From Candidatus Moraniibacteriota bacterium (GTDB taxonomy: Bacteria; Patescibacteriota; Minisyncoccia; Moranbacterales; UBA11712), in contig JAUXSN010000047.1 in the NCBI GenBank assembly GCA_030679895.1, forward strand, positions 1,328-65,327: a stretch of DNA of 64,000 nt, given 5' to 3'. Below are positions 1 through 8,954 of this stretch, in pieces. Within the stretch, counting starts at the first letter, position 1. Each line of letters starts with the position of its first letter. Below the pieces are notes generated by a model. That model had not been told where the DNA came from and made no database searches. It worked only from the letters and a program-made list of their open reading frames with translations. Both the position numbers and the translations under genes were made by a program.

Positions 1-720
1 TATAACCTCATTGACGAATGACTCATTAAGCAGATTTGTTTTTTTGAGCACTGAAGCAGTGTCGGGATGAGAGATAAGAAAGCCTTCCGAGTCGACAATA
101 TACACTTTTTGATCCGTTGTAACCAGTTTGCTGTTGGCGATGATATTCCAAATTTCCTGAAGAGATAATCGGGCAATGAGCACCCCGGGCATTTCACCGC
201 TTGAACTTTCAACGGGAAGCGCGATAGTAAGAATTGGTATGGATTTTTCGTCGGTGCAGACTTTGCCTAAATATAATTTTCCTATTTTCGCCATTTGAAA
301 CTCCTTGGAATCGGATATATTTTTTTGATTCTCGGGATTCGAAATGGAAAATTTTGACATTTTTATCATTTCGTTTCCATCCTTGTCGGCAACCGATATC
401 TCCATGAACCAGCCTTTTTCCCGCATTAATTTTCCTATCAGTTCTTTTTTTTCTTCCTGGCCGCCGGTAAGATCGATTTTTCCCGCGAGTTCCGCGAGAG
501 CCGTGACGTTTCCGTCGATGAACTTTTCTATTTCTGTTCTCGAAGTTTCAGCTATCCCCAATCGAAGGAATACGGCCGTTTCGCGCACATTTTCCATGCT
601 GGATTCAAAAAAACTAAGATAAGAAAAGGCTAACACGAGGCCGGTAAAAAGAATTATAACTTGTGTCAGCCGCAAAGGCTTTACTTTGAGATAATTTTTT
701 ATTTTTTCTAAAAAATTCAT
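1..720 (-). CDS. Membrane sensor protein with Cache-type extracellular domain (probable histidine kinase); 3' part runs off the window
   Basis: Not in the ORF track. Manual translation from ATG at 720 is open to position 1: MNFLEKIKNYLKVKPLRLTQVIILFTGLVLAFSYL (TM)...ISVADKDGNE...PILTIALPV...YIVDSEGFLISHPD, which fits dCache_1 motifs. Confidence 0.8.
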   Translation of the reverse strand, partial: MNFLEKIKNYLKVKPLRLTQVIILFTGLVLAFSYLSFFESSMENVRETAVFLRLGIAETSRTEIEKFIDGNVTALAELAGKIDLTGGQEEKKELIGKLMREKGWFMEISVADKDGNEMIKMSKFSISNPENQKNISDSKEFQMAKIGKLYLGKVCTDEKSIPILTIALPVESSSGEMPGVLIARLSLQEIWNIIANSKLVTTDQKVYIVDSEGFLISHPDTASVLKKTNLLNESFVNEVI

Positions 721-749
721 AACCGGAAAAGGAAATAATTTCTGCTTTT

Positions 750-1778
750 TTATCGAATAACTTTATCGGCTTCTTTGGGTATTCTATCCGTGATTGTCAG
801 CCCTATGGATTCCAAGTTTTTTTGGTTGACGACAATATCAAATTTATCGGGAGTAAGAATCGGTGTCGTTTGAGGTTTTTGGCCGGAAAGGACGCTAGCC
901 ACGACCGAAGAGCATTGAACACCCATATTATAAAAATTCGCGCCATATGTCAGTGACACTCCTTTTTCAGCCAAAGTTTGCTCGTGCCCCATTGTTGGAA
1001 TTTTCAGCTCCAAAGATTTTTTAATGATCAAGTCGGCGTTGCTCACGACCATGGCATCGGGAGTAATAAAAATACCGTCGAATTCACCGGCTGTTATATC
1101 AGCGAGCGCTTTTTCGAGTTCGTCCTTATCTTTTACGATAATTTCTTTCATCTCGACATTGAGAACCGGCGCGGCATTTCTCGCGTTTTCTATGGAAATT
1201 TGAGAAAACTTGTTCTTGGGATTATAAAAAGTTACCACTTTTTTAAGATTCGGGAACGCCTCTTTGAACATTTCCAGCCTTTTTCCGGAAAGTTCGGCGG
1301 AAAGATTCGAGCAGCCCGTCAAGTTGGTTTCAGGCATAGCGTAGCTTTTGGCAAAGCCGGCTCCTATCGGATCGCCAACGATGTTAAAAACAATTGGCAG
1401 TTTGTCTCCGGAAATTTTTGAAACTTGAGTTGTTACCGGCGTGGAGATTGAATAAATTATGTCCGGTTTTTCCGCAATAAGTTCCTCGATAACGGATTTT
1501 AGGGCATCGGTATTCCCCCGGGTATCCTTGATTGAGAAGATTACGTTTTCTCCTTCTCGAAAACCTTTTTCTCCAAGTCCTTTTTTGAGGCCGTCCAGGG
1601 CTTGCTGATAGGCTCCGCCAGTCATGACAACGCCGATATTATATTTTTTTTCCGTTTTAGCTGCCTTCTTCCAGCTTAAATCTAATCCCAAAAACTGGTA
1701 ATTATTTCTTTTAAGAAGCCAGAACGCGCCTGCAGCAAGAATAATAATTAAAACCGGAACAAATATTTTTTTGGCCAT
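750..1778 (-). CDS. ABC-type substrate-binding protein (ABC_sub_bind, aromatic amino acid-binding-like)
   Basis: N-terminal anchor; PIVFNIVGDPIGAGF, NLTGCS and YGANFYNMGVQ motifs. Confidence 0.85.
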   Translation of the reverse strand: MAKKIFVPVLIIILAAGAFWLLKRNNYQFLGLDLSWKKAAKTEKKYNIGVVMTGGAYQQALDGLKKGLGEKGFREGENVIFSIKDTRGNTDALKSVIEELIAEKPDIIYSISTPVTTQVSKISGDKLPIVFNIVGDPIGAGFAKSYAMPETNLTGCSNLSAELSGKRLEMFKEAFPNLKKVVTFYNPKNKFSQISIENARNAAPVLNVEMKEIIVKDKDELEKALADITAGEFDGIFITPDAMVVSNADLIIKKSLELKIPTMGHEQTLAEKGVSLTYGANFYNMGVQCSSVVASVLSGQKPQTTPILTPDKFDIVVNQKNLESIGLTITDRIPKEADKVIR

Positions 1779-1958
1779 ATTTTTTATTTATTGCGAGAAG
1801 GACTTATGCGCATTAAAAATGCCTGACGCCTAAAATATGCAAGCGCCCAAACCCCGCGCCAAATTTTGAAAGACGGTAATATGCATGGCGGAGAAATTAA
1901 AACGGTTTGACTATCGGCATTAAATACGGGATAAACCATTATTATGTTCGAACATTAA

Positions 1959-3143
1959 CTATTCCCCTATAGCCAATATAACCACGGTTTCGTTATGAAA
2001 ACATGAAAACGGACGGGATACATCTCCGCCAAGAGGCGCCTGCTCTCCATATGTATAGAAACCGATAAGCGGCACATCCGTTCCCAGTATCGATTGGATA
2101 GCCCTTATTTCCTTTCCGGCATCCTGGCCGAAAAGCTTGCTTCGAGCGATACAATTAAAGACGATAATGGCTTTGGGAACAGCTCCTTTAAGTTGGGCTA
2201 GAGTTTTTTTGGCGGCGTCTTTCGCGGCGATAATGGCGTCATCCTTGCTTCCGATCATAAGCCGCACTTCAGAGCCCTCGGGAATCTCGGCCGCGCAGGT
2301 TATCGCTCCTTTCTCATCCACGGTGATCGGATCCCGGATAAGCAGTTCTTCGCTGCCGTCGACACTCATGCCCAAGGGATAAGTAATGGCCATAATAGCC
2401 AGCGGCTCGGTCTTGAGATCCTCCGCTTTTTTCCCAAAATATTCTTCGTAGATAGTTACTGCCGGTTTTCCGTCGATTTCTTCCAGCACCGCTCCATGGG
2501 ACTTGGTAACTTTTTTGGAAAGTCCAATAGGCGTCCATCCATGGCGAACGCCGACCCCCAGAGAAAATTTTCCGGAAAATCCGACTCCCACAATCGAGGA
2601 CGAAAGTACTTGATTAAGATAATAAACGAAAGTCTCCTTGAACATAAAGTCATCCCCCGCCGCTCCGCCGAAAATAAGAAAATTCTTTCCCAAAATGTCC
2701 TGGACTCCTCTTACGATATCGGCTCCGTTGCCGGTGAGAACATCAGTAAGCATGATAAGAGAGCTGATTTTATCTGACGATTTTTGGGATATGTCCTTAG
2801 CCAGAGCCGCGCCTGCCTCCCGGGCGCCGGCGGAAATCAGGCCGCCGGTTCCGATGGTAAATTTAACGGCATTAGAACTGAAAGACATGACAGCCACCCC
2901 TCCTTTGTTGGCGCCTTCATTTGTAATTTCGCCGGCGTCGCTGCAACCGATTAGCGGAGCTTTTCCACTAGCTTCGTTTATGCCCCGAATCACTTCTTCT
3001 TGCTTAAGGCTGACCGAGGAAAAAGCAATGACGAGATCCGGTTTTTTGGAACCCGCTCTTTTTATTGCCAGGCTGCAGGCTTCATAACCCGCCTGATAAC
3101 CATCTTTGTTATTACTTAGACCTACTCCTGCTTGCGTTGCCAT
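1959..3143 (-). CDS. FIST N/C domain signal-transduction protein
   Basis: LIGCSDAGEI, GGAAGDD, HGWTPIG, FNCIAR, IGFYTYGEQ and FHNETVV motifs. Confidence 0.92.
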   Translation of the reverse strand: MATQAGVGLSNNKDGYQAGYEACSLAIKRAGSKKPDLVIAFSSVSLKQEEVIRGINEASGKAPLIGCSDAGEITNEGANKGGVAVMSFSSNAVKFTIGTGGLISAGAREAGAALAKDISQKSSDKISSLIMLTDVLTGNGADIVRGVQDILGKNFLIFGGAAGDDFMFKETFVYYLNQVLSSSIVGVGFSGKFSLGVGVRHGWTPIGLSKKVTKSHGAVLEEIDGKPAVTIYEEYFGKKAEDLKTEPLAIMAITYPLGMSVDGSEELLIRDPITVDEKGAITCAAEIPEGSEVRLMIGSKDDAIIAAKDAAKKTLAQLKGAVPKAIIVFNCIARSKLFGQDAGKEIRAIQSILGTDVPLIGFYTYGEQAPLGGDVSRPFSCFHNETVVILAIGE

Positions 3144-3238
3144 AGAAGTTGTGCGTCGAATAATCGCTGTTTCCTGAAAAAATCAAACAGCGAAATCCGG
3201 CATGTTAATGTTTTTATACTCATTATTAATTAAAAAAT

Positions 3239-4051
3239 CTATTTTCCGCGAAGAGCGGCTTCTACTTTTCCCACAATTTCACTGGGGGTGGAATGGGCTT
3301 TGACGATATAGTCCGCCGCCCCGTCCGAAATTCCTCTTTCGATTTCATCTTGCTGGCCGAGATTAGAGGTTATCATGACGGGAATGTTTCGGAATTTTTC
3401 GCTAGCTTTTAGCTCTCTTAGAAAAGTGAACCCGTCAGTGCCCGGCAAAACCACATCCAGGAGAATCAAATCGACTTGGTTTGAAGATAATGTTTCACGC
3501 GCCTGACCAGCGCTGGAAGCTCTCATGATTTTGAATTTTCCCTGCTTGAATTTTTTCTCCAGAAGTCCGGCCATAAACATATCGTCTTCTACGATAAGAA
3601 TATTTCTAACCTCATTGTTGCTTTCGCTTCCAAAAACCCCAACACTCGCCGGCTGCTGCCCGCTGGAACTAAAAATATTATTGACCTTCATGAGCACTTC
3701 ATCCGGATTAAAGTTCACTTTGATGAGATAGTCCCGGATTCCCATCTTATTCGCCCGCTCTATTTCTACCGGCTGACCGGAATTGGAAATGATAATAACA
3801 GGAAGATCGGGCAGTATTTTCTGTTCTACCAATTTTTCCATAATTCCAAACCCGTTAAGTTTCGGGAGCACCATGTCCAGCAGCACGAGATCCGGTTTAT
3901 TTTCCATAATCAAAGCAAGCCCGCTCTCGCCGTCCACGGCTGATTTGACTTCATATCCCGCCTTTTCCAATTTTTGAATCAGCAATTTGGATAAAATTTC
4001 TTCGTCTTCGACCAGGATGATTAATTTTTTCTTGGTTTGGATGTCATTCAT
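3239..4051 (-). CDS. Response regulator with two tandem receiver domains and no output domain
   Basis: Two REC repeats (ILVEDE...DLVLLDMVLP; ILIVEDD...DLILLDVVLP). Start moved to ATG 4051 because the track's extension overlaps tRNA-His. Confidence 0.9.
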   Translation of the reverse strand: MNDIQTKKKLIILVEDEEILSKLLIQKLEKAGYEVKSAVDGESGLALIMENKPDLVLLDMVLPKLNGFGIMEKLVEQKILPDLPVIIISNSGQPVEIERANKMGIRDYLIKVNFNPDEVLMKVNNIFSSSGQQPASVGVFGSESNNEVRNILIVEDDMFMAGLLEKKFKQGKFKIMRASSAGQARETLSSNQVDLILLDVVLPGTDGFTFLRELKASEKFRNIPVMITSNLGQQDEIERGISDGAADYIVKAHSTPSEIVGKVEAALRGK

Positions 4052-4159
4052 ATTTTTTATGTTAAATTTAAGTCTGCTTCCATTATAACGAAAAATGCAA
4101 GTTATGGGAAGATTTATTAAAAAACAAAAATACCTCCGCGAGGAAGATATTTTTATTCT

Positions 4160-4234
4160 TGGGGCGACCAGAGGGAATCGAACCCTCGTTCTCGGGACCA
4201 CAACCCGATGTCCTGCCGTTGAACGATGGCCGCC
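4160..4234 (-). tRNA. tRNA-His(GUG)
   Basis: Cloverleaf GGCGGCCATC...TCGGG-TTGTGGT-CCCGA...GGTTCGATTCC...CCA, with extra 5' G. Confidence 0.95.
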
Positions 4235-4247
4235 ATGTATTTTTTTG

Positions 4248-4320
4248 TGCGTCGTGCAGGGATCGAACCTGCGACCTTGGGATTAAGAGTCCCCTGCTCT
4301 ACCAACTGAGCTAACGACGC
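4248..4320 (-). tRNA. tRNA-Lys(CUU)
   Basis: GCGTCGTTAGCTCAGTTGGTAGAGC, anticodon loop CTCTTAA, GGTTCGATCCC. Confidence 0.93.
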
Positions 4321-4332
4321 AAAATATCTTTG

Positions 4333-4404
4333 TGTCCTCGGGAGGAATCGAACCTCCATAACCAGCTTAGAAGGCTGGTGTTCTATCCGTTGAACTACGA
4401 GGAC
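4333..4404 (-). tRNA. tRNA-Arg(UCU)
   Basis: GTCCTCGTAGTTCAACGGATAGAAC, CCAGC-CTTCTAA-GCTGG, GGTTCGATTCC. Confidence 0.95.
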
Positions 4405-4435
4405 AAGTCTAAATCATAAAATCTCACATTCAGTG

Positions 4436-4464
4436 AGTATATCTAATTTAAAAGCTGAAGTCAA
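4436..4464 (-). promoter_or_regulatory. Sigma70-type promoter of the Arg-Lys-His tRNA cluster
   Basis: TTGACT-N17-TATACT on the minus strand, about 30 nt upstream of tRNA-Arg. Confidence 0.75.
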
Positions 4465-4467
4465 TTC

Positions 4468-4568
4468 ATCCCTCACCATTTTTATTTGGAATATTAAAAA
4501 TTCGGAATAAATACGAGTTATTTTTTTCTCTTAGTTGCTTTAATATATTTCAAAAAATGGTGAGGGAT
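4468..4568. repeat. ~100-bp element bounded by perfect 16-bp inverted repeats (MITE-like)
   Basis: ATCCCTCACCATTTTT (4468-4483) / AAAAATGGTGAGGGAT (4553-4568). Confidence 0.6.
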
Positions 4569-4571
4569 AAA

Positions 4572-5873
4572 TCACATCCCATTCGCTTTTTTATATTCTT
4601 TCCATTCTTTGCTTGACCAGTCCGTTGGTTTTTCGGTTATTTTTTCCTGACCGGGATGAGGGTATTTCGAAGGCGAATCATAGCTGCTCTTGAATTCCGA
4701 TTTTCGGATAAGATTTCCGTCTGCGCCGTAAACTTCCTGATAGAGAACTGTTTTCATCGCGCCTTCCTCCCCGCGCGATGTCACGGTCGGACCAACAAGT
4801 TTCGCCTTTCGGCCGTCGCTTGTGCCATAGAAATCAAAAGCGAGCTGGGTGCCTTCGATGTGTGTTTGCATGAGAATATATCCCGGCGTGTCGTTCACAA
4901 AGCGAAGATCCGGATTGGGAATATAGACCGTAGCATCGGTTCCTTGCGGAGCGTAATACTGAACGGGATAGGCATGGTTGGTGCGAGCGGTTATTTTGAG
5001 TCCCGCATTGAGTGCCGCTCGAAAGCAAGTGGTTGAAACCTGGCACATCCCTCCGCCGTATTCGGGAATAGTTTTGTCGACTTTGATGACGAGTTCGGGA
5101 AGATATCCGGTGGAGGCGTCGACCGGGCCAAGAGTTTTGATGAAGGAAAATTCTTCTCCGGGTTTTATTATAACACCATTAAATCTGGAGGCACCGACAT
5201 TGATGTTATGAATTCTATTTTTAGGCGACCCGCGAAAATTGGATGTTCCCTGGCCAATAAGCTTTTTGATTCCGTACTTATCGAGATTAGTGCTGGTGAT
5301 TTCCGGCTCAAGTACTTTTGTCGGAAGATTTATGTCTTTTTTGTAGGGATCTTCTTGGAGAGCTTTGATGATATTTTCCCGGCTTTCCTGATCCGATATT
5401 TCATAGCCGTTTTTATTTGTCGAAAAAGCGGAAACTTTATCTCCTTCAAAAGCCAACTTCGCATTTTCCGGATCGACTCTGGTTTCGTCTTTTAATTTAT
5501 TCACAAATCCGCCGAGAGAATCTTCATCAACAGAAAGACTTGTTGATATTCTGATATGGTAGCGATCCCGCTCGCGTCCAAGGAAGCGGTAATATATTTT
5601 TAACATTGGATCGTCAGTCGGAAAAAAATTGATATTTTCCGCTTCGGAGTTGTAGTTCGGATTCATCTTGAGCGCCGGCCGGATTTTGAGGAAAGATTGC
5701 ATAGCATTTTTGTCAGCCGCGATTTTTTGGTTGTTCACGTGAAAAAAAATCGGGGAGCCTATCACTTTCTGCACTTCTTCAACGGAAAAACTGCCCAGAT
5801 TCACTTCCGAAGCGCGGACAAAACATGGTGCGATTATAAAAATAATGAAGAAAAAAAATATCTTTCGTTTCAT
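4572..5873 (-). CDS. VanW family protein (peptidoglycan-related)
   Basis: NRIHNI, PGEEFSF, YGGGMCQVSTT, HAYPVQYY and GTDATVY motifs; signal peptide. Confidence 0.9.
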   Translation of the reverse strand: MKRKIFFFFIIFIIAPCFVRASEVNLGSFSVEEVQKVIGSPIFFHVNNQKIAADKNAMQSFLKIRPALKMNPNYNSEAENINFFPTDDPMLKIYYRFLGRERDRYHIRISTSLSVDEDSLGGFVNKLKDETRVDPENAKLAFEGDKVSAFSTNKNGYEISDQESRENIIKALQEDPYKKDINLPTKVLEPEITSTNLDKYGIKKLIGQGTSNFRGSPKNRIHNINVGASRFNGVIIKPGEEFSFIKTLGPVDASTGYLPELVIKVDKTIPEYGGGMCQVSTTCFRAALNAGLKITARTNHAYPVQYYAPQGTDATVYIPNPDLRFVNDTPGYILMQTHIEGTQLAFDFYGTSDGRKAKLVGPTVTSRGEEGAMKTVLYQEVYGADGNLIRKSEFKSSYDSPSKYPHPGQEKITEKPTDWSSKEWKEYKKANGM

Positions 5874-5950
5874 TGTCCTAAGAATACTCGAAAAACTCTT
5901 ATTCTACAAGTTATTACTGAAAATAATCACGGAAAATTTACCCTGTTAGC

Positions 5951-5981
5951 AAAAACAACCCCGCATTGTGGGATTGTTTTT
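5951..5981 (-). terminator. Intrinsic terminator after hsp20
   Basis: AAAAACAACCCCGC-ATT-GTGGGATTGTTTTT imperfect stem with A/T tails. Confidence 0.6.
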
Positions 5982-6001
5982 ACTGAATATATAGAAATTT
6001 T

Positions 6002-6562
6002 CTAGAATCCCCTCACTTGAATCTTTTTCGTCTTTGTTGTATCGGCTTTAGGAAGGCGGACAGTCAAAATTCCGTTTTTCATTGAAGCTTCAATTTTGTC
6101 AGCCAGCACTTCAACAGGGAGAATCACTGAACGAGAAAAGGTTCCCCAATAACATTCCTGGTAATAATAATTTTCACCTTCCACCTTCTCTTCATTTTTT
6201 CTGTCTCCGCGGATAGTCACCATATCGTTGTTGATGGAAACATCAAGGTCTTCGGGCTTCACGCCGGCAATAGTGGATTTTATGACGATATCGTTTTCAG
6301 TCTGGTAAACATCAATCGTCAGCTGGCCCTCCGAATCCCCCGCCCAGTTTTCATCCTGTTCCGCCGGAGCGTTTTGGGCCGTCGGCTCAACGGCATAATC
6401 TTCCTGGGGGCTGGCTTGAGGCTGGATTGAGTGCGCTCCTTCATAGGAAACCGGAGCCGCCGGAGCCGGAGAATAGTTATAAGGCGAGCCCTGCCTCTGG
6501 CTGTCGCTTTCAGCTCTTCTGGCTCCCGTAAGCCGCTCAAAAAATGATTTTTTTTCTTTCAT
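6002..6562 (-). CDS. Hsp20/alpha-crystallin small heat-shock protein
   Basis: IDVYQTENDIVI...ECYWGTFSRSVILP...ASMKNGILTVRLPK. Confidence 0.93.
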   Translation of the reverse strand: MKEKKSFFERLTGARRAESDSQRQGSPYNYSPAPAAPVSYEGAHSIQPQASPQEDYAVEPTAQNAPAEQDENWAGDSEGQLTIDVYQTENDIVIKSTIAGVKPEDLDVSINNDMVTIRGDRKNEEKVEGENYYYQECYWGTFSRSVILPVEVLADKIEASMKNGILTVRLPKADTTKTKKIQVRGF

Positions 6563-6657
6563 GTTTTTTTCTATACCCTGCCGCTCACGAGCGACGGAGT
6601 AAAATTATATATATTAACGAAGTATTGGATAATATCAATATATATTCATTTCAGAAA

Positions 6658-7260
6658 TTAATCAAGTTCCCGGAAATTAAAGGCGATTATCACCAGACTG
6701 GTGATAAGAGTTATCCCTAAAACGATTCCGACCAGCCAGTTGGTAAAATTGCTTTTTTGGATTATGAGGAAATTATAGAGAAGGTGGATAAGAACGGGAA
6801 AAAAAAGAATTTTAAGAACTATAAATTTTCCGGAAAAAAATCGGCTGGCCAGAAAAGCTCCTATCAGCAGCGCGTTCAAGGCTTGGATCAAAATAATCGT
6901 GGCTAAAGAAAAAATAACTTCCGGAGAAAGAGCGGAAAGATCCGCCAGCTTTTCATTGGAAATAATAATCAGGAGGAGTTCCGTCAGGCCGAAAAATAAC
7001 CCGAAAGTCAGGCTGGCCGCCCAGAGCCTTGCCCTCTCAAGATCAAATTTTTCTTTGAAAAGAAAATAAATTGCCGAATATTTCAAGCCTTCTTCTATAA
7101 GCGTGGCGGCTATCAGGAAAATTCCCAAATGGCCGTAATAATCAAATATAATTTCCTTTTTCCAGAAAATGCTCACGAGAACAGCCAGCAACTGTTCAGC
7201 AAAAACCGCGAATAAAGCCGCGAAAATGCCGAGAGAAATAATTAGAATGATTTTTTTCAC
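6658..7260 (-). CDS. PrsW-family intramembrane metalloprotease-like protein
   Basis: Multi-TM; EEGLKY, FGLTE and HLLYN motifs. Confidence 0.7.
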   Translation of the reverse strand: MKKIILIISLGIFAALFAVFAEQLLAVLVSIFWKKEIIFDYYGHLGIFLIAATLIEEGLKYSAIYFLFKEKFDLERARLWAASLTFGLFFGLTELLLIIISNEKLADLSALSPEVIFSLATIILIQALNALLIGAFLASRFFSGKFIVLKILFFPVLIHLLYNFLIIQKSNFTNWLVGIVLGITLITSLVIIAFNFRELD

Positions 7261-7279
7261 TAAATTTAGTTATTATGGA

Positions 7280-8398
7280 TTATACTAATTTGAGATTCGC
7301 GTCCGCCTCCAGATTTTTCCAATTATTATCGAATTTATTTTTATTCTTTGCCAGTTTATATTGATAATGCCCGGCTACGGCGATCATGGCGGCATTATCC
7401 AGCGAGTAGCCGGCAGCCGGCAACTGGTATTGGGAGTTTGGCAAAAGTCTTTTTATCGCTTCGCCAAGTTGTTTTCTTAACTCCTTGTTGGCCGAAACGC
7501 CGCCGCCGAGAAGAATGGTTTTAGGCTTATATTTTTTTGCCGCCTGAACCGTTTTATGGACCAAAACATCAATCACGGCCTGTTGGAAATCATAGCATAA
7601 AGCTGATTTTAATTTTACGCTTTTCAGTATTTTCGGATTATCCCGAATAGTATAGAGAACGGCTGTCTTGAGACCCGAGAAAGAAAAGTCCAGGTTTTTG
7701 GAATTTATCATCGGCCTCGGCAGTTGGAAGGTTTGACCTTGAGGAATTTCCCGATGAATAGTCGGGAAAGGGAAAGGTCGAACCTTGAATGATTTTCGGA
7801 ATTTATCTGCGATAGCGGATACAATTGGACCGCCGGGATACCCCAATCCTAGCATTTTTGCCACCTTATCAAACGCTTCTCCCGCCGCGTCATCGAGCGT
7901 CTGTCCGACAATTTTATAATCCAGATGTTTCTTCATCAAAATCAACTCCGTATGCCCTCCAGAAACGATAAGCGCCAGAACCGGGAATCTTATTTCCCCA
8001 ACATCGGATGTTAGGCTAAGCCGGTCGATAAAATTAGCATAAATATGACCGGATATATGATGAACGCCAACCAGCGGTTTTTTCCAGGCATACGCCAAAG
8101 CTTTAGCGGCATTCGTTCCAATGAGCAGAGCCGGAATGAGTCCCGGCCCCTGGGTGACCGCTATCAAATCGATATTCCCTGAAGAAATTTTGTTTTTCTT
8201 CAAAAAGCCCCGGAGCATCACAGGCAGATTTTTCAAATGTTCGCGAGCAGCCAAATTCGGAACCACCCCGCCGAAAGGGGCGTGGACTTTTGTTTGAGAT
8301 GAAACAAGGCTGTCAATCACCGAGAATCTATTTCTCGAAACATTCACCAGGGCGACGGCCGTATCATCGCAGGAAGTTTCAACGGAAAGAATACGCAT
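7280..8398 (-). CDS. tsaD: tRNA threonylcarbamoyltransferase TsaD (contains in-frame repeat insertions)
   Basis: MRILSVETSCDDT, HHISGH, VSGGHT, DDAAGEAFDKVA, FSFSGLKT and DNAAMIA motifs; start corrected to 8398. Confidence 0.96.
   Translation of the reverse strand: MRILSVETSCDDTAVALVNVSRNRFSVIDSLVSSQTKVHAPFGGVVPNLAAREHLKNLPVMLRGFLKKNKISSGNIDLIAVTQGPGLIPALLIGTNAAKALAYAWKKPLVGVHHISGHIYANFIDRLSLTSDVGEIRFPVLALIVSGGHTELILMKKHLDYKIVGQTLDDAAGEAFDKVAKMLGLGYPGGPIVSAIADKFRKSFKVRPFPFPTIHREIPQGQTFQLPRPMINSKNLDFSFSGLKTAVLYTIRDNPKILKSVKLKSALCYDFQQAVIDVLVHKTVQAAKKYKPKTILLGGGVSANKELRKQLGEAIKRLLPNSQYQLPAAGYSLDNAAMIAVAGHYQYKLAKNKNKFDNNWKNLEADANLKLV
7728..7786. repeat. 59-bp palindromic element, copy inside tsaD
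   Basis: 57/59 identical to 8442-8500; 13-bp terminal inverted repeats plus internal hairpin. Confidence 0.92.
7997..8015. repeat. 19-bp palindrome inside tsaD, related to the 13262-13303 pair
   Basis: CCCAACATCGGATGTTAGG vs CCTAACATTCAATGTTAGG (15/19); encodes LTSDVG. Confidence 0.6.
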
Positions 8399-8441
8399 AT
8401 TTGATATTATACGGCAAAAGTTTAATTTTAGGAATTTCCAT

Positions 8442-8500
8442 AAGGTTCGACCTTGAGGAATTTCCCGACGAATAGTCGGGAAAGGGAAAGGTCGAACCTT
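8442..8500. repeat. 59-bp palindromic element, intergenic copy
   Basis: AAGGTTCGACCTT-GAGGAA-TTTCCCGAC-GAATA-GTCGGGAAA-GGGA-AAGGTCGAACCTT. Confidence 0.92.
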
Positions 8501-8507
8501 GATCACT

Positions 8508-8551
8508 AAACCACAAAAAACCCCGCGCTATGGCGGAGCTTTTTGTGGTTT
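8508..8551 (-). terminator. Terminator-like hairpin downstream of hup
   Basis: AAACCACAAAAAACCCCGC...GCGGAGCTTTTTGTGGTTT. Confidence 0.55.
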
Positions 8552-8597
8552 CAAAAGTTCAACCCTAGGCACAGCCGATAGTTGAACTTTAGGATAG

Positions 8598-8870
8598 TTA
8601 GCTCATTACCGCGTCTTTCAGCTTCTTCAAAACTCGAGCCTTAAGAACGGTTTTGGCGGGAATGCTGATGCTTTCTCCCGTCATTGGGTTTCTTCCCATT
8701 CGAGCCGCCCGATTTTTCTTTTCGAGCTTAACCAAGCCCGGAATTTCAACGGCTTCTTTTTTGACCGTGGCTTTCACGACCTCGCCCATGGTCTCAATGA
8801 CCATCAGCACGTCTTTCTTGGCGAGTTGAGTTTTCTCAACAATCGCCTCCACGAGTTCTTTCTTCTTCAT
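8598..8870 (-). CDS. hup: HU family DNA-binding protein
   Basis: MKKKELVEAI...RAARMGRNPMTGESISIPAK; start at ATG 8870. Confidence 0.93.
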   Translation of the reverse strand: MKKKELVEAIVEKTQLAKKDVLMVIETMGEVVKATVKKEAVEIPGLVKLEKKNRAARMGRNPMTGESISIPAKTVLKARVLKKLKDAVMS

Positions 8871-8954
8871 TCGGTTTTTATTAAAGCTTATTAACTCCCC
8901 CTGTTTACTTGGGAATGATAGCATACTATCAAAAAATAAGGCAATATGGCAACT

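Noticed and set aside
4052-4359. Track ORFs and the N-terminal extension overlapping 4160-4404
   Set aside because: They run through three clear tRNA genes; the regulator starts at ATG 4051.
4572-5873. Vancomycin resistance locus
   Set aside because: VanW-family domain alone, without vanHAX or vanRS.
8399-8506. 36-aa N-terminal extension of TsaD
   Set aside because: It is produced by the intergenic repeat copy; the canonical start MRILSVETSCD is at 8398.
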